A stretch of 64,000 bases of DNA from Dictyostelium discoideum (GCA_000004695.1 CM000154.2:3008001-3072000); one strand, 5' to 3'. Shown: positions 13,495 through 31,090, counted from the stretch's first letter. Translations and numbers: made by a program. Notes: generated by a model not told the origin, from the sequence alone.

Positions 13495-16400
13495 CTGTTG
13501 TTGTTGCTGTTGTTGAGTTTATTGAGTTTATTATAGTTTCAGTTTCTACTATTGATACTTTATTATTATCAACCGATTCAATGGTAACAGTTGAAGCATT
13601 TTGTTCAGATTGTTGTGGTTGTTGATCAACATCTTGAGGAGCACCACAACAAGCATCAATAATAACAATATTATCTAAAGCCACTGAACTACTAGATGAT
13701 GAAGATAATGTTTGTCTTTCTTCAATTATTCTCCATGGATTAGTTTTATTATTTGGGAAATACTTGTAAAGACGTAAGAATTGTTGATCGATATCAAAAG
13801 TGACTGAAATTTGATCAGTTAAATCTTTAATAGTTTTACCTTTGAAAGTGATTTGTTTTGCAGGATATTCAAAAGATTGTTCTTGTGGTACTCTCTTATG
13901 AACATAAAGTAATAACGGTGGTACTAATTTAACAAAACTAGTTGAATGTTGTTGAATATGATTTGCACCATTTAATTCATTAACTTTTTCAAGTAAATTA
14001 CCATTTGGCTCATCATAATCTTCAATTATATTTTGTTGTTGTTGGTCAATTTGTTTTGTATAAATTTCAATTGTAATTGAAGATTCTAAATGAATATGAA
14101 GTTTTGATAATGGTTTATTAAAAGAATTTAATAATTTTTCATCTAACCAAATTCTAATATCTTGTTCTTCCATATTAATAAATGATTGATTTAAAAATAA
14201 ATCCCAATTTAATAATTGATTTTTCAATTGTTGTAGAGTTATCTTTTTATCAGCCCAAAGATCACCAATTGGTATAATTGTGAATAAATCTGGTACCATT
14301 GGAATATAAGTTGGATTTAGATGAAGTATTGGTGAAGAAGGTACTGGTAAACATTGAGAAATGTTATTAATTTGGTAAAGTTTAACCTTTAATAGAATTT
14401 GATCTTTTGAAGGTAGTACACCCTCTTCTAGCCAAACGATATCCATTGATTTTATACCAGACTCTTCCAATGTCATATCCTCCTCAATGAATACATTGAT
14501 TGGTTTCTCAAAGAGATCAGTTTGTCTAAGTATATAACGATTTGAAAACTCTTCATTGATTGACAACTGTTTCAATATCTCCTTTTTCAATTGAGTGATG
14601 GTAGTTTGCTTTGAAGAAGAATTGGTAGTCAATAATTTTGGATCAGGGAAAACTGCTTTCTTATCGATTGCATAGAGATATTTAATAGAGAGATTTGATT
14701 TGGCGGGTTGTCCCTTCTCAAAGATTACCAATGAAGTATCGACGATATTTGCTTCTTTCAACATTAAACTATCGTCAGAGATACCAGTACCTTCATAACC
14801 ACCGACTAAAGTTTTTCTAATTACAGTTTGATCCAACCAAACCTTCTTTTGATTTGGATAAAGCATATCGAATATGGTCTCTTTCAATTGATAGATTGTA
14901 CTCTTTGGATCGGATAACACACGTACTGGTGGTGATTCAGTGAGTGGTGCACTAGTGGTTCTAAAACGATCTTTAACAAATATTTGAATCTTTGATTTAT
15001 TCAACTCGAAATCTTTTTTAACCAAACTACTAGATTGATCCAATGAATCTGATCCACCAATACTTTCAACATCGAATCCCTCTGGTAAAACCTCACACAA
15101 TATACTAATACCATTATAAATTCTTTGAGAGAATTTCAAATCCATATCATCCTCCAATGGCAATAAACAAGTTTGAGATGGCATCATATAGAGTAGCAAT
15201 CTATTTGGTGTTACCCTCTCATTGGTAAACATTAACTGATTAATACCATCACAAATTGTATCTTTAAATTGTTGAAAACTTGACTCCCTATCCACCATTA
15301 AATTCAAATCTTTCATTAAATAATCCACTGTTACCGATGATACAAATGAATCGGTAACGGTTTCATTCTCTTTTTCAATTTGTTCTTCTTCATCACAAAC
15401 CGTCGCATCCATTAAATTTGATAAACCTTTTGATTTATGATAGAAATATCTAACAGAGAATTTAATTGGTATATTTGATTTATCTTCACCCTTCCAAATC
15501 AATAATTGTGAACCCTCCCTAATACCAATCTTTTTAATGTTAACACTTGGTGAAGCTTGAATGGGTGGTTGTAAAATGATTTTACCATCTTTTACATAAC
15601 ATTCTTGAATTACGATACCACATTGCTTAGTTTCAATTTCAATTGACTCAATTTGATTTTTATACTTTTCTCTAATTAAATTAAATAAATCCTCTGTTGT
15701 ACTTGATACATCGATTGCCAATGACTCTCTTTCTCTTTCTCTATCTTTCTCTTTAATATTATTTTGAATATCATAAATCAGTCCATCACGAATTATAACA
15801 CTATCAATGAATCTTGGTTGTATATACATTGTATTCATACTTTTATCATAATCAATTCTTTCATTTACAATACTCTTATTAAATTCTGATATTTCCTTTT
15901 CAAAATGTGATGGTATATCCTTAAACTCCATTTTATCTCTTAATGCTACTGATCTATAAACCAACATATAAGCACATTCATCTTTACCACCAAATTGTCT
16001 CTTTAAAACATTATCTTTAATTGGTAAAACACTACTATCATTAAAATCAAACCAACCTGTAAATTTATTACCTTCTTCATCATTTTCTTCATCATTTTCT
16101 TTATTTTTATTTAATTTTTCTTTTTTTTCATTTTCTTCAATTTTATTATCTGATGCTGTATTTGTTGTTGTTGTTGTTGTTGTAGTATTTGTTGTCGTTG
16201 TTGTTGATGTATTAATATCTTTATCTTGTTGTTGATCAACTTTTAAAGTTGAATTACCAATTGATTGAAGATCTTTAATATAAGAATGATAATGACCACC
16301 AAAAGCACCACCACTATGAATTAAAACAGAGAACAATTCATAATTTAATTTCTCTGGTTCTGGTGTTGTATCAGGATTCTCTTTATGTTGTAAATAATCA

Positions 16401-17624
16401 ATAGTGAATGGTGTCATATCTAATTGTTGAGAGAATTCAAAACGATTATGAAGTTTAACACGAGTACCCCTTTGGAAATCATAATCGAATCTACGAAGTG
16501 CAAAAATTAATATTTTAGGGATTTTACCCAATTTAACTTGAAATGTTGCAACCACCTTTTCATTACACTTTTCACAAGAGTACATATTTCTACCATCCAA
16601 TGTTTCAGGAGTTGAAAAGGATCCAACCAAACTCTCTTCAATTGAATTGAAACCTTTTACACCAATGGGTATATCTTGAAAATGTTCTTGTGAATCCTTA
16701 ATGGTACCACACTTTGTACATGTTAATCTATTTACAAAATAACCTTTATATAAATCATTGAATAATGTTTCAATTGGTGTTTTCTTTATTGAATGTTCGA
16801 CTGCATCAAATAAAACTCTATTCAATTCATGTATATCTTGTTGATGAAATGATTGACTACCATTCCATCCAAAACTTTTTGTTAAATCTTCTGTTGAAAT
16901 TGCATAAACATCACCTTTTTGTAACATAGAAAATAATCTTTGTAATTCATATGGAATAATTCTACCTTTTCTTTTAGTTGTTGTTGTGGTTGTTGTTGTT
17001 GTTGTTGTTGTTGTTGTATTATTATTATTATTATTATTATTATTTACATTTGTTGTTGTGGTGGTTGTATTTGAAGTATTATCTGTTGTATTTTTATTAT
17101 TATTATTATTATTATTTTTATTATTCTCTAAAGCTTCACCAGAGAATACATTAATCTTTGTTGATTCATCATATAAAACTATTGCTTTTGAACTATCAGA
17201 TGGAATACCACTATCAATCATACCACTTGAATAATATTCACTTGTTGTACCATCACGTCTTGGATATGTATCAAATGCATCATAACAATCACCAAATAAT
17301 GATTGATCAACAAATGATGCATCATTGTCAAAATCATTATTATTACAGTTATTATTTACAGAAGGTCCAAATGGTACCTCATCATTATTATTATTTGATG
17401 CTCTATTATTATTATCATTATTATTATTATTATTACCACTACTACTAAAATCATCAAGGAATTGAGATTCATCACAAGTTAAAATCCAATCAATTAATCT
17501 TTCTTGTTGAGAAGGTAATGGGAATCTTTTTAAAGCAGCAATTAATTTATACTCTTCAAATCCAAATGCCATTAAACCAATTGCATACTCTGAATCTAAT
17601 AAATCATTATCATTTACAATATTA

Positions 17625-17685
<61 letters not shown>

Positions 17686-18224
17686 TAACACTATCATTAT
17701 TATTATTATTATTATTATTGTTTTTGTTGTTGTTATTATCACTATTGGTTATATTTGTTTCATTATCTTTTTCTTGTTCTTTTTCTTTTTCTTTTTCTTT
17801 TGTATTTTCTTTATCAATTTCATTTTTATTTTCTATTTCTTTTTGTTGTTTTAAGTCTGTTATTCCAAAATCATCAATTCCTAATTTATATATATCATTC
17901 TTTAATTCTGGTGTCATATAAAGCATTTGAATTAAACTATTTAGGTAACATGTTGCTCCTCTTTTTATTTTTTATATATTTTTTTTTTTAAGAAAAAATT
18001 AATATAGATAACTAGGATGATGATAAAAATAATAAGAAATAATTAACTTACTGATTTAATAAACCAACAAAACCATAACCTGATCTTTCACCAGTTGGTT
18101 TTCTCTTGTAAGATGTTGATCTACCATAGCCACCACCACCATTGCTTTGACCAGGTAATAAAGGCCCTATGAATTCCTCTCTATTTGTATCATCTTCATC
18201 GCCATCAAATAAACCACCAAACAT
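13100..18224 (-). CDS. Ubiquitin carboxyl-terminal hydrolase (USP family deubiquitinase), 2 exons: join(18224..18052, 17960..13100), about 1675 aa
   Basis: Upstream exon 1 (missed by the ORF track) begins ATG at 18224 and encodes 'MFGGLFDGDEDD...GYGFVGLLNQ'. It is followed by GTAAGTTAATT, a 91-nt intron, then AG. The spliced junction reconstitutes the USP Cys box 'GLLNQGATCYLNSLIQML'. The His box 'GGHYHSYIKD' and 'ECAYMLVYR' lie in the long ORF. The catalytic domain is interrupted by very long poly-Asn/poly-Thr insertions. The C-terminal half is large and non-catalytic. Confidence 0.7.
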
Positions 18225-18938
18225 TATTATGAAATATTTTTATTTATTTTTATTAGTATTTGTATTTTTGTATTCTTATTAATTATTAATTATTTATTAT
18301 TTTTTGGAAAAAAAAAAAAAAAAAGAAAACAAAAAAGTTTTGTGATCTTGTTTTTGTTGAAAAAAAAAAAAAGAAAAAAAAAAATAAAAATTTTTAAATT
18401 AATTTTTTAATTAAAAAAATAAAAAATAGAAAAAAAATGAAAAATAAAAAATATAAAAAAAAAAATAATGAGAAATTTCAAAGAATTATCCATAAAAAAA
18501 AAATTTTTTTATTTTTTTGATATAAATAAAATGATGTATAGATAAAACTTTTATTAATTAATATTTGTATTGGTCTGAGATTCTCAAAGGAATTTTCATT
18601 TCATTATAACCATTCTTTTTTTTTTTTTTTCAATTTTTTATTTTAGTAATAAATATGAAAAATAATAATTTGTGGGGGTCAATAATTTCCATTTTTTTTT
18701 TTTTTTTAATTTCCCACTTTTTATTGAAAATAGATAAAATTAGATCACAATTCCCAAAGTTTCATCTGGAACATGTACAGCTAGCTTGTTGTATTAAAAA
18801 AATGGTAAAATTAATTAATTAGGAAAAAAACAAAAAAAAATAATAACCTTTTTGTAAAGAGTGTTTAGTGATTCAGTGTTGTATGAAAATAAATAAGTTG
18901 TTTTTTTGTTTTTTTATTTTAATTTTAATTTTTATTTA

Positions 18939-23174
<4,236 letters not shown>

Positions 23175-23273
23175 GGTAAAGGGGTTGCAGGTTTTTTTTT
23201 TTTTTTTACAATGATTTTTTTATTTTTTTTTTTACAACAATTTTATTTTTTTTTTTTTACAATGATTTATTAT

Positions 23274-23310
<37 letters not shown>

Positions 23311-23856
23311 GGAAATATAATTTTTAAAAATAAATAAAAAAATAATAATGGGTTTATTAATTTACAACAAAATTGGGCGGAATTGGGTTAAAAAAAATTA
23401 TTTCAAAAAAAAAAAAAAAAAAAAATTTTAAAAAATTCAAATTTCAAAAAAAAAATCAAATTTCCAAAAAAAATTAATTTAAATTAAATTAAATTAAAAA
23501 AACCGGTTGTTCACCTGCTTTTTAAAAAAAAAAAAGGGGTTTTTTCCCCAATTTTCAAAGGGGGGGGGGAAAAAAAAGGCCAATTTTTTTTTTAAAAAAA
23601 TTAATTAATTTAATTTTTTTTTTTTTCAAAAAAAAGGGGGGTTTATTTTTTTTTTAAATAAAATTTTTTTTTTTTTTTTTTAAAGGGCCCAAAAAATTTT
23701 TTTTTTTTTTGGCCCCCAAGGGGAAAAATTTTTTTTTTAAGGGGTTTTTGGTTTAACCCGGGGGAGGCCCCCTTTTTTTAATTTTAAATTTTAAAAAAAA
23801 AAAAATTTTTTTTGAAAAAAAAAAAAAAAAAAAAAAGGTTTTTTTTTTTTCCCCCA

Positions 23857-23895
<39 letters not shown>

Positions 23896-24157
23896 ATTTT
23901 AAAAAAAATTATATTAATCCTTATTAATAATATATTATTATTATTATTTTAAAATTTCTTTTTTTTTTTCTTCAAATAAAATTATAATTAATAAATAAAT
24001 AAAACAAACAAATAAATAAAATAAAATAAAATAAAATAAAATAAAATAAAATAAAATAAAATAAAATAATATAAAATAAATAAAATAAATTATAAAATAA
24101 ATTAAATAAAATAAAATTAAATAAAATAAACACATAATAAAAAAAAAAAAAAAAATT

Positions 24158-25702
24158 ATGGAAAAATTATTTTTTAAAGTTTGGAAAAATAATATTTTAA
24201 GGAAATTAATATTTTCATATATTATAGAAATTAATAAAAGAAAAATTGGTAGAATTTTAAAATATTATGAAATTAAATCAGCAGATATTTTATGTGATAA
24301 TGGATATTGGTTATTATTAAAAGATATAGTTCAACAGAGAGAGATTAGAAGAAAACAAAAAGAAGAGGGTAAATCATGTTATCCAGGCCCATCAATAGAG
24401 ATAAAGATAACAGAATCATCATTAATTAAAATTTGTAAAGGTGTTTCAAATATTGATTTATTTAAATCACTTTATTATCAATTAGAAAAGGAGTTTAAAT
24501 ATCATGATTTCATGTTTATAGATTATGCAGCCGATAGCGGTTCATTGGAGGTGGTGAAATTCCTTCATGAAAAGGGCCACAGTGCGTCATTCGTTGCCTT
24601 GGATAACGCAAGTTGGAGAGGGCATTTCGATATAATTAAATTCCTAATCCACAACAGACATGAGCAATGCTCGAAAGGAGCCATCGACCAGGCCGCTGCC
24701 GAGGGTAATTTACCAATAGTGAAATATCTATCAAAGTACACACAATCTGGGTGTTCAAAGTCTGCTATTAATCTAGCATGCAAAAACGGGCATTTAGAAA
24801 TGGTGAAATACCTATTCGAGAATAGAAAAGAGGGTGCGTCAGCCAAGGCATTGGATTATTGCTGCGAGTTTGGTAGATTTGAAATATTTAAATATCTATT
24901 TGAAAACGATGTTTTGTCATTAAACAATATGGGCACTACCTCATTCAGCAGTCAAAGTGAGTCACAAAATAACAATGGTCATAATAAACAGTATATCACA
25001 GTTGACGGCTTGAAATTGGCTGTCAAAAGTGGTAATTTGCAATTGGTTAAATATATGATTGATAATAAAATTTTCATTAGATCAGATTGTAACATTGCCT
25101 ATCAACAAAGTCTATCCCAAAGAAATTGTGAAATCATTAAATTATTAGAACAATTCTCTAGTGAAAGAATTACAACAGTTGAATTCATAATGTATAATAT
25201 AAAAGCAATTGAAAATAAATTATTAAATAATATAATTTACTTATTTGACAAGTATCCTAAACAAGTACTATCTTCAACTCAATATAAAGAATTAATTTAT
25301 AAATCTGTACAATCTTCTGATTTCCAAATATTTCAATTCATTTTCCAAAATGCAATTAAAAAATATCCAACTTTTTTACAACAAACTTTAAAGAATTCCT
25401 CTTCTTCCTCTTCCTCTTCCTCCTCATCTTCTTCAAAAGGTGAAAAAAATCATTTAAATGAAAAATATTTATTTATGTTATCTATAAGATCTTTAAATTT
25501 AGAAATTGTTCAATTTATTTATAATCAATATCATATTCCTTCAAATTCAATTAATATTCAATTATTATTATCTTTTTCAATTTATAATTTTAATATACCA
25601 ATAACTGATTTTTTAATTTCAAACTTTTTTATAAATAATTTTTATTTAATTCAAAATGATCATCAAGATGATCATGATTTAGATAGTATTAATAATATGT
25701 AT

Positions 25703-25766
<64 letters not shown>

Positions 25767-26225
25767 GTTATAAAAATAGTAAATTAAATTTAGATAATTA
25801 TTTATTATCACCAATAATAAGATCAAATTCAAAAATTTATAATTATTTATTAAATTGTAAAAATAATATTTTACCACAATTACTATTACAACAAATTCAA
25901 CAACCACAACCACAACCACAACCACAATCACAACCTCAATTATCAAATAATAATAATAATAATAATACTAAAAAACAAAGTGTATTATTTATTAATAATG
26001 AAAATTATAAATTATTGTATAAATCAAATATTTCATCAATTTATGATGAAATTCATATATCAAACCCAAAATATTTTAAAATATTTTTAACCCATTTAAC
26101 TGATAGTATGATGTCGGAATTTGATGATTCTTTTAATCACATCTCAAGAGGAAATCATATTAGATTTGTTGATGCTTTTTCAGGTGATCATCATCTTTTA
26201 TATGGTTTTAATAATAATAATAAAT

Positions 26226-26230
<5 letters not shown>
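24158..26230 (+). CDS. Ankyrin-repeat protein (690 aa) with poly-Ser, poly-Asn and (QP)n tracts
   Basis: At least five ANK-like units ('DYAADSGSLEVVKFLHEKGH', 'DNASWRGHFDIIKFLIHN', 'AIDQAAAEGNLPIVKYLSK', 'AINLACKNGHLEMVKYLFEN', 'ALDYCCEFGRFEIFKYLFEN', 'LKLAVKSGNLQLVKYMIDN'). The N-terminus 'MEKLFFKVWKNNILRKLIFSYII' resembles the N-termini of the 595..3873 and 5032..8634 proteins. The ANK region (24528-25040) is conspicuously GC-rich. Confidence 0.7.
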
Positions 26231-26258
<28 letters not shown>

Positions 26259-26497
26259 CCAAACCAAAACAAGTTCAAAATAAAAGATCCAAGTAAGACA
26301 TTTTTTTTTTTTTTTTTTTTTTTTTCAAAATAAAAGATCCAACTAATTCCTTTTTTTTTTTGGTTTTTTTTTTTATTTTATAATTTCTATTTTTAACCAC
26401 TAATTTTATAATTATTTTTATTTTACAGTTTTTACTTAAAATAAACAACTAGCCATTTTTTTTATTTGTGAATAATAATAATAATTTAGGGGGAATT

Positions 26498-26532
<35 letters not shown>

Positions 26533-26657
26533 TCAAAATGTAAAATTTTTAAAAATAAACACAAAATTTTTTTTTTTTTTTTTGTTTTTGTTTCTGTTTA
26601 AAAATTTTGCTTTTTTTTATTTTTTATTAATTATCTTAAAATAATATATAAGGTTAA

Positions 26658-27131
26658 ATGGCAACAAGTGAAGATGATAAAGATAACAGTTATAAAAAAA
26701 TTAAATGTACAATTCATCCAAATAAAAAAATAAAACTTTTATGTTCAGATTGCAATTTAATGCCATGTTGTATTGAATGTATTTTAGATGGTGAACATAT
26801 TTCACATAAATATCGAAAGTTAGAATCAGTAGATTTTTCATTAATTAATAGTAAATTTAAAAATGATATATGTCCAAAAATAAAAGAAAAAATTGAAAAT
26901 AATAAAATAATATTAAAAGAATCTTATAATAAATTCCATGAAATTCAATCACAATTTTATAATAATAATAATTTAATAAAAAATGAAATTGATAAAATTC
27001 GAGAAACCATTTCAAATATTGAAACTGATTTTCAAAATGAATTAAAAGAAACCTTTGATAATAATAAAATAATAAATACAAAAATAACATCATCAATAAA
27101 TCAAGATAATGAATTACTCACAAACATTGAA

Positions 27132-27195
<64 letters not shown>

Positions 27196-27431
27196 GTTCA
27201 AATTGTATTGATGCAAATGAAACCATTAAACGATATCAACAATTATTAATATTAATAAATAATAATAAAAAAAATTCAAATAAATTAAAAGAATATAATA
27301 ATCAAGTGATTACATTTGAAAATTCAACACTTGATGAAATTAAAAATTATTTAAAATTAATATATTCTTTTAAAAATAATGATAATAATGATAATAAAAG
27401 TAATAATGAATTTGATAATGATGGAGATTAA
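26658..27431 (+). CDS. B-box zinc-finger / coiled-coil protein without FNIP repeats (257 aa), paralogue of the downstream B-box/FNIP genes
   Basis: 'KCTIHPNKKIKLLCSDCNLMPCCIECILDGEHISHKYRKLES' is a B-box-type Cys/His pattern near-identical to 27690.. and 31503... It is followed by a helical 'ILKESYNKFHEIQSQFYNNNN..' region. It ends before any FNIP unit. Confidence 0.6.
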
Positions 27432-27689
27432 TATATGTATATATATGTTAATTATTTTCATTGTGTTTTCCTCAATTCAAAAATAAATAAAAGTAAAAAT
27501 CAGATTGTAACAAAGACACCATAAATAGTAATTTTTTATTTTATTTTTTGTTTTTTTTTATTTTTTTTATTTTTCTTTTTTTTTTTTTATTTCCATGCAT
27601 TTTGGGTCACTTTTTTTATTTTTACACACATTTCGCTTTTTTTTTAATTTCTCTTTTTTTTTTTTTTTTTAGTATTAAGTTTATTACCA

Positions 27690-28449
27690 ATGACAACAAG
27701 TAATAATAATAATAATAACAATAATAATAATAAAAATAAAATTCATAAAAATATTAAATGTACAATACATTCAAATAAAAAAATAAAACTTTTATGTTTA
27801 GATTGTAATTTAATGCCATGTTGTATTGACTGTATTGCAGATGGTGAACATAATACACATAAATATAGAAAGTTAGAATCAAAAGATCTTTCATTAATTG
27901 ATAATAATTTAAAAAATAATGTATATCCAAAAATAAAAGAAACAATTGAAAATAATAAAATAATATTAAAAGAATCAAATAAAAAATTCAATGAAATTCA
28001 ATCACAATTTTATAATAATAATAATTTTATAAAAAATGAAATTAATAAAATTCAAAATATAATTTCAAATTTTAAAAGTGATATTGAAAAACAATCAAAA
28101 GAAATATATAATAATAATATAATAATAAATACAACAATAACATCATCAATAAAACAAGATAATCAAATACTCACAAACATTGAAAATAATAATAATGAAT
28201 CCAACCCAAATGATATAAATGAAATAATTAAACAATTTCAACAATCATTAATAATATTAAATAACAACAATTCAAATAAATTAAAAGAATACGATTGTAA
28301 AATGGTTCAATTCGATCATTCAACAATTGATCTTATTAAAAATTATTTAAAATTAATTTATTCTATAAAAGATAATTGTAATAATCAATTTTATTACGAT
28401 GAAGATTTTCAATTTATATGTGAACCAGAAGGTAATAATGAGCCGGTCG

Positions 28450-28535
<86 letters not shown>

Positions 28536-30059
28536 CTGCAACAACAACAACAACAACCAACACCAATTTCACCAACAACAACAACAACAACAGCAACAAC
28601 AACAACAACAACAGCAACAGCAACTACAACATCAACATCACCAAATAATAAAAAAAGAAAGAATCCAGATTCTGATGATTATGATGGTAGTGATGGTTAT
28701 GATGGTCATGATTCTGATGATGGTCATGATTCTGATGATGACTCTGATGATGATGATAATAATAATGATAAAAATGATGACAATAATAATAATAATAATA
28801 AAAATAAAAATGGACCGAATAAAAAATATAGACCACGTGTATTAAGTAAAATAACAAGTAATGTTAAAACGTTGCATATACATTGTTTAAGACAAGAATT
28901 AGAGATTGGTTGTATACCTAATACTATTGAAACCATCTTTTTAAAAGGTGGATACAATCAAAGATTACTCACTGGTATAATACCAGAAGGTGTTAAAAAG
29001 TTACAATTTGGTAGAATGAATCAAGAATTAATTATTGGATCAATTCCTAAATCAGTGACGTGTGTAGCTTTAAAAGGTGGATTCAGTCAAAAATTAACAC
29101 CAGGTTTAATACCAGAAACTGTACTAGACTTTAAAATTGGTGATACCAATCAAGTTTTAATGGTTGGATCAATTCCAAATAGTGTAAAGAGACTCTATCT
29201 ATTCCGTAAATTCAACCGAAAATTAAGACCTGGTATAATTCCAAAAGGTGTTACAGAGTTGTATTTAGGTAATAAGAATGATGTATTAAAGGTTGGTTCA
29301 ATTCCAAATACTGTAAAGACTATCTATTTAGAGAAGGATTTCAACCAAAAGTTAATACCTGGCATATTACCAAACGATGGTTTTAAAGAACTACATATTG
29401 GTCCCATAGAATTAAAAGTATTAGAGATTGGTTCAATTCCTAAAACTGTAAAGAGGGTCTATTTGAATAGTAAATATCCACAAAAATTTAAACCAGGTAT
29501 ATTACCAGAAGGTGTTCAAGAATTACATTTAAGCGGAAAGAATCAACCCTTAATGATTGGTTCCATTCCAAAAACTCTAAAGAGTATTTATTTGGAAAAA
29601 GGATTCAAACAAGCATTACCACCTGGTATAATAACTGAAGGTGTAGAAAACCTATATTTACGTTCTATAGGTAAGGTTCAAATTGGTTCAATTCCTAATA
29701 CTGTAACAAGTGTCCATATATTGAAAGAGTTTAATCAAACATTAAAACCTGGTGTTTTACCAATAAGCGTTAAACATTTACATCTATATGATTTCAAATC
29801 AACATTAACTATTCATTCAATTCCTAATACTGTGGATAATGTATATTTAAATGATGGATTCAGTCAAAAAATAATGCCTGGTATATTACCAATAGGTGTT
29901 AAATCTTTACATTTAGGTGATATAAAAAAAGAAATAACCATCGAATCAATCCCCTTCACTTTAGAGACTATAAATATATATAGAGGTTTTAAACATCCAA
30001 TTGAACCATTCATTTCAAAAAATATAAAAATTGTCAATCACTTAAAGAGACTTAACTAA
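27690..30059 (+). CDS. B-box zinc finger + poly-Gln/poly-Thr linker + FNIP-repeat protein (789 aa)
   Basis: N-terminal B-box 'KCTIHSNKKIKLLCLDCNLMPCCIDCIADGEHNTHKYRKLES'. A (CAA)n/(ACA)n low-complexity linker follows. The C-terminal half carries at least 18 tandem units of about 22 aa of the form 'GSIPNTVKxLYLxxxFNQKLxPGxIPxGV'. This FNIP repeat is characteristic of Dictyostelid proteins and giant-virus proteins. Confidence 0.75.
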
Positions 30060-30085
30060 AATATTATTTTTAAACTATTTTTTTT

Positions 30086-30261
30086 ATTTTATACTACAAC
30101 TACAACATCAATACCAACATCACCAAATAATAAAAAGAGAAAGAATCCAGATTCTGACGATTATGATGGTCATGATTCTGATCATGATCATGATCAGGAT
30201 TATGATAGTCATGATTCTGATCATGATCACGATTCTGATGATGATTCTGATGATGATGATG

Positions 30262-30357
<96 letters not shown>

Positions 30358-31090
30358 GTGAAACCATCTTTTTAAAAGGTGGATACAATAAAAGATTACT
30401 GATACCAGAGGGTGCTAAAAAGTTACAATTTAATAGAATGAGTTGGGAATTAATTATTGGATCAATTCCTAAATCAGTGACGTGTGTAGCTTTAAAAGGT
30501 GGATTCAGTCAAAAATTAACACCAGGTCTAATTCCAGAAACTGTATTAGACTTTAAAATTGGTGATACCAATCAAGTTTTAATGGTTGGATCAATTCCAA
30601 ATAGTGTAAAGAGACTCTATCTATTCCGTAAATTCAACCGAAAATTAAGACCTGGTATAATTCCAAAAGGTGTTACAGAGTTGTATTTAGGTAATAAGAA
30701 TGATGTATTAAAGGTTGGTTCAATTCCAAATACTGTAAATACTATCTATTTAAAGGGGAATTTCAATCAAAAGTTAATACCTGGCATATTACCAAACGAT
30801 GGTTTCAAAGAACTACATATTGGTCCCATAGAATTAAAAGTATTAGAGATTGGTTCAATTCCTAAAACTGTAAAGAGTGTATTTTAATAGTAGAAATATA
30901 CAAAAAATTAAGCCAGGTATATTACCAATAGGTGTTAAATCATTACATTTAGGTGACATAAAACAAGAAATACCCATCGAATCAATCCCCTTCACTTTAG
31001 AGACTATAAATATATATATATAGGTTTTAAACATCCAATTGAACCATTCATTTCAAAAAATATAAAAATAGTTAATCACTTAAAGAGACT
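30086..31090 (+). pseudogene. Truncated tandem duplicate of the 3' half of the 27690..30059 gene (FNIP-repeat region plus 3' flank)
   Basis: 30086-30260 repeats 28615-28760 (the 'TTTSTSPNNKKRKNPDSDDYDG..' region). 30360-30890 is near-identical to 28925-29470 (FNIP units) with a small internal deletion. 30900-31090 repeats 29890-30090, including the 3' UTR, after skipping about 400 bp. There is no B-box or N-terminus, and the frame is broken. Confidence 0.65.

Noticed and set aside
13219-17991. Several + strand ORFs (13219..13536, 16986..17234, 17158..17448, 17718..17991) made of poly-Leu, poly-Val, poly-Tyr/His or 'FSFSFS' repeats
   Set aside because: They are the antisense reading of the USP gene's poly-Asn, poly-Thr and Glu/Lys low-complexity tracts, so they are pure homopolymer artefacts.
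24565-24846. 93-aa - strand ORF in the ankyrin gene
   Set aside because: Arises only because the GC-rich ANK block lacks stop codons on the antisense strand. It is fully nested in a strong sense-strand CDS.
26857-28957. Multiple short - strand and + strand ORFs (26857..27096, 27743..27991, 28353..28623, 28399..28845, 28624..28957) in the B-box/FNIP genes
   Set aside because: Generated by (CAA)n, (ACA)n and (AAT)n codon repeats read in other frames or on the other strand. They overlap the supported CDS.
30163-30375. 70-aa ORF 'MMVMILIMIMIRIMIV...IIIIIIII'
   Set aside because: Frame-shifted reading of the (GAT)n/(AAT)n tract inside the truncated duplicate pseudogene.
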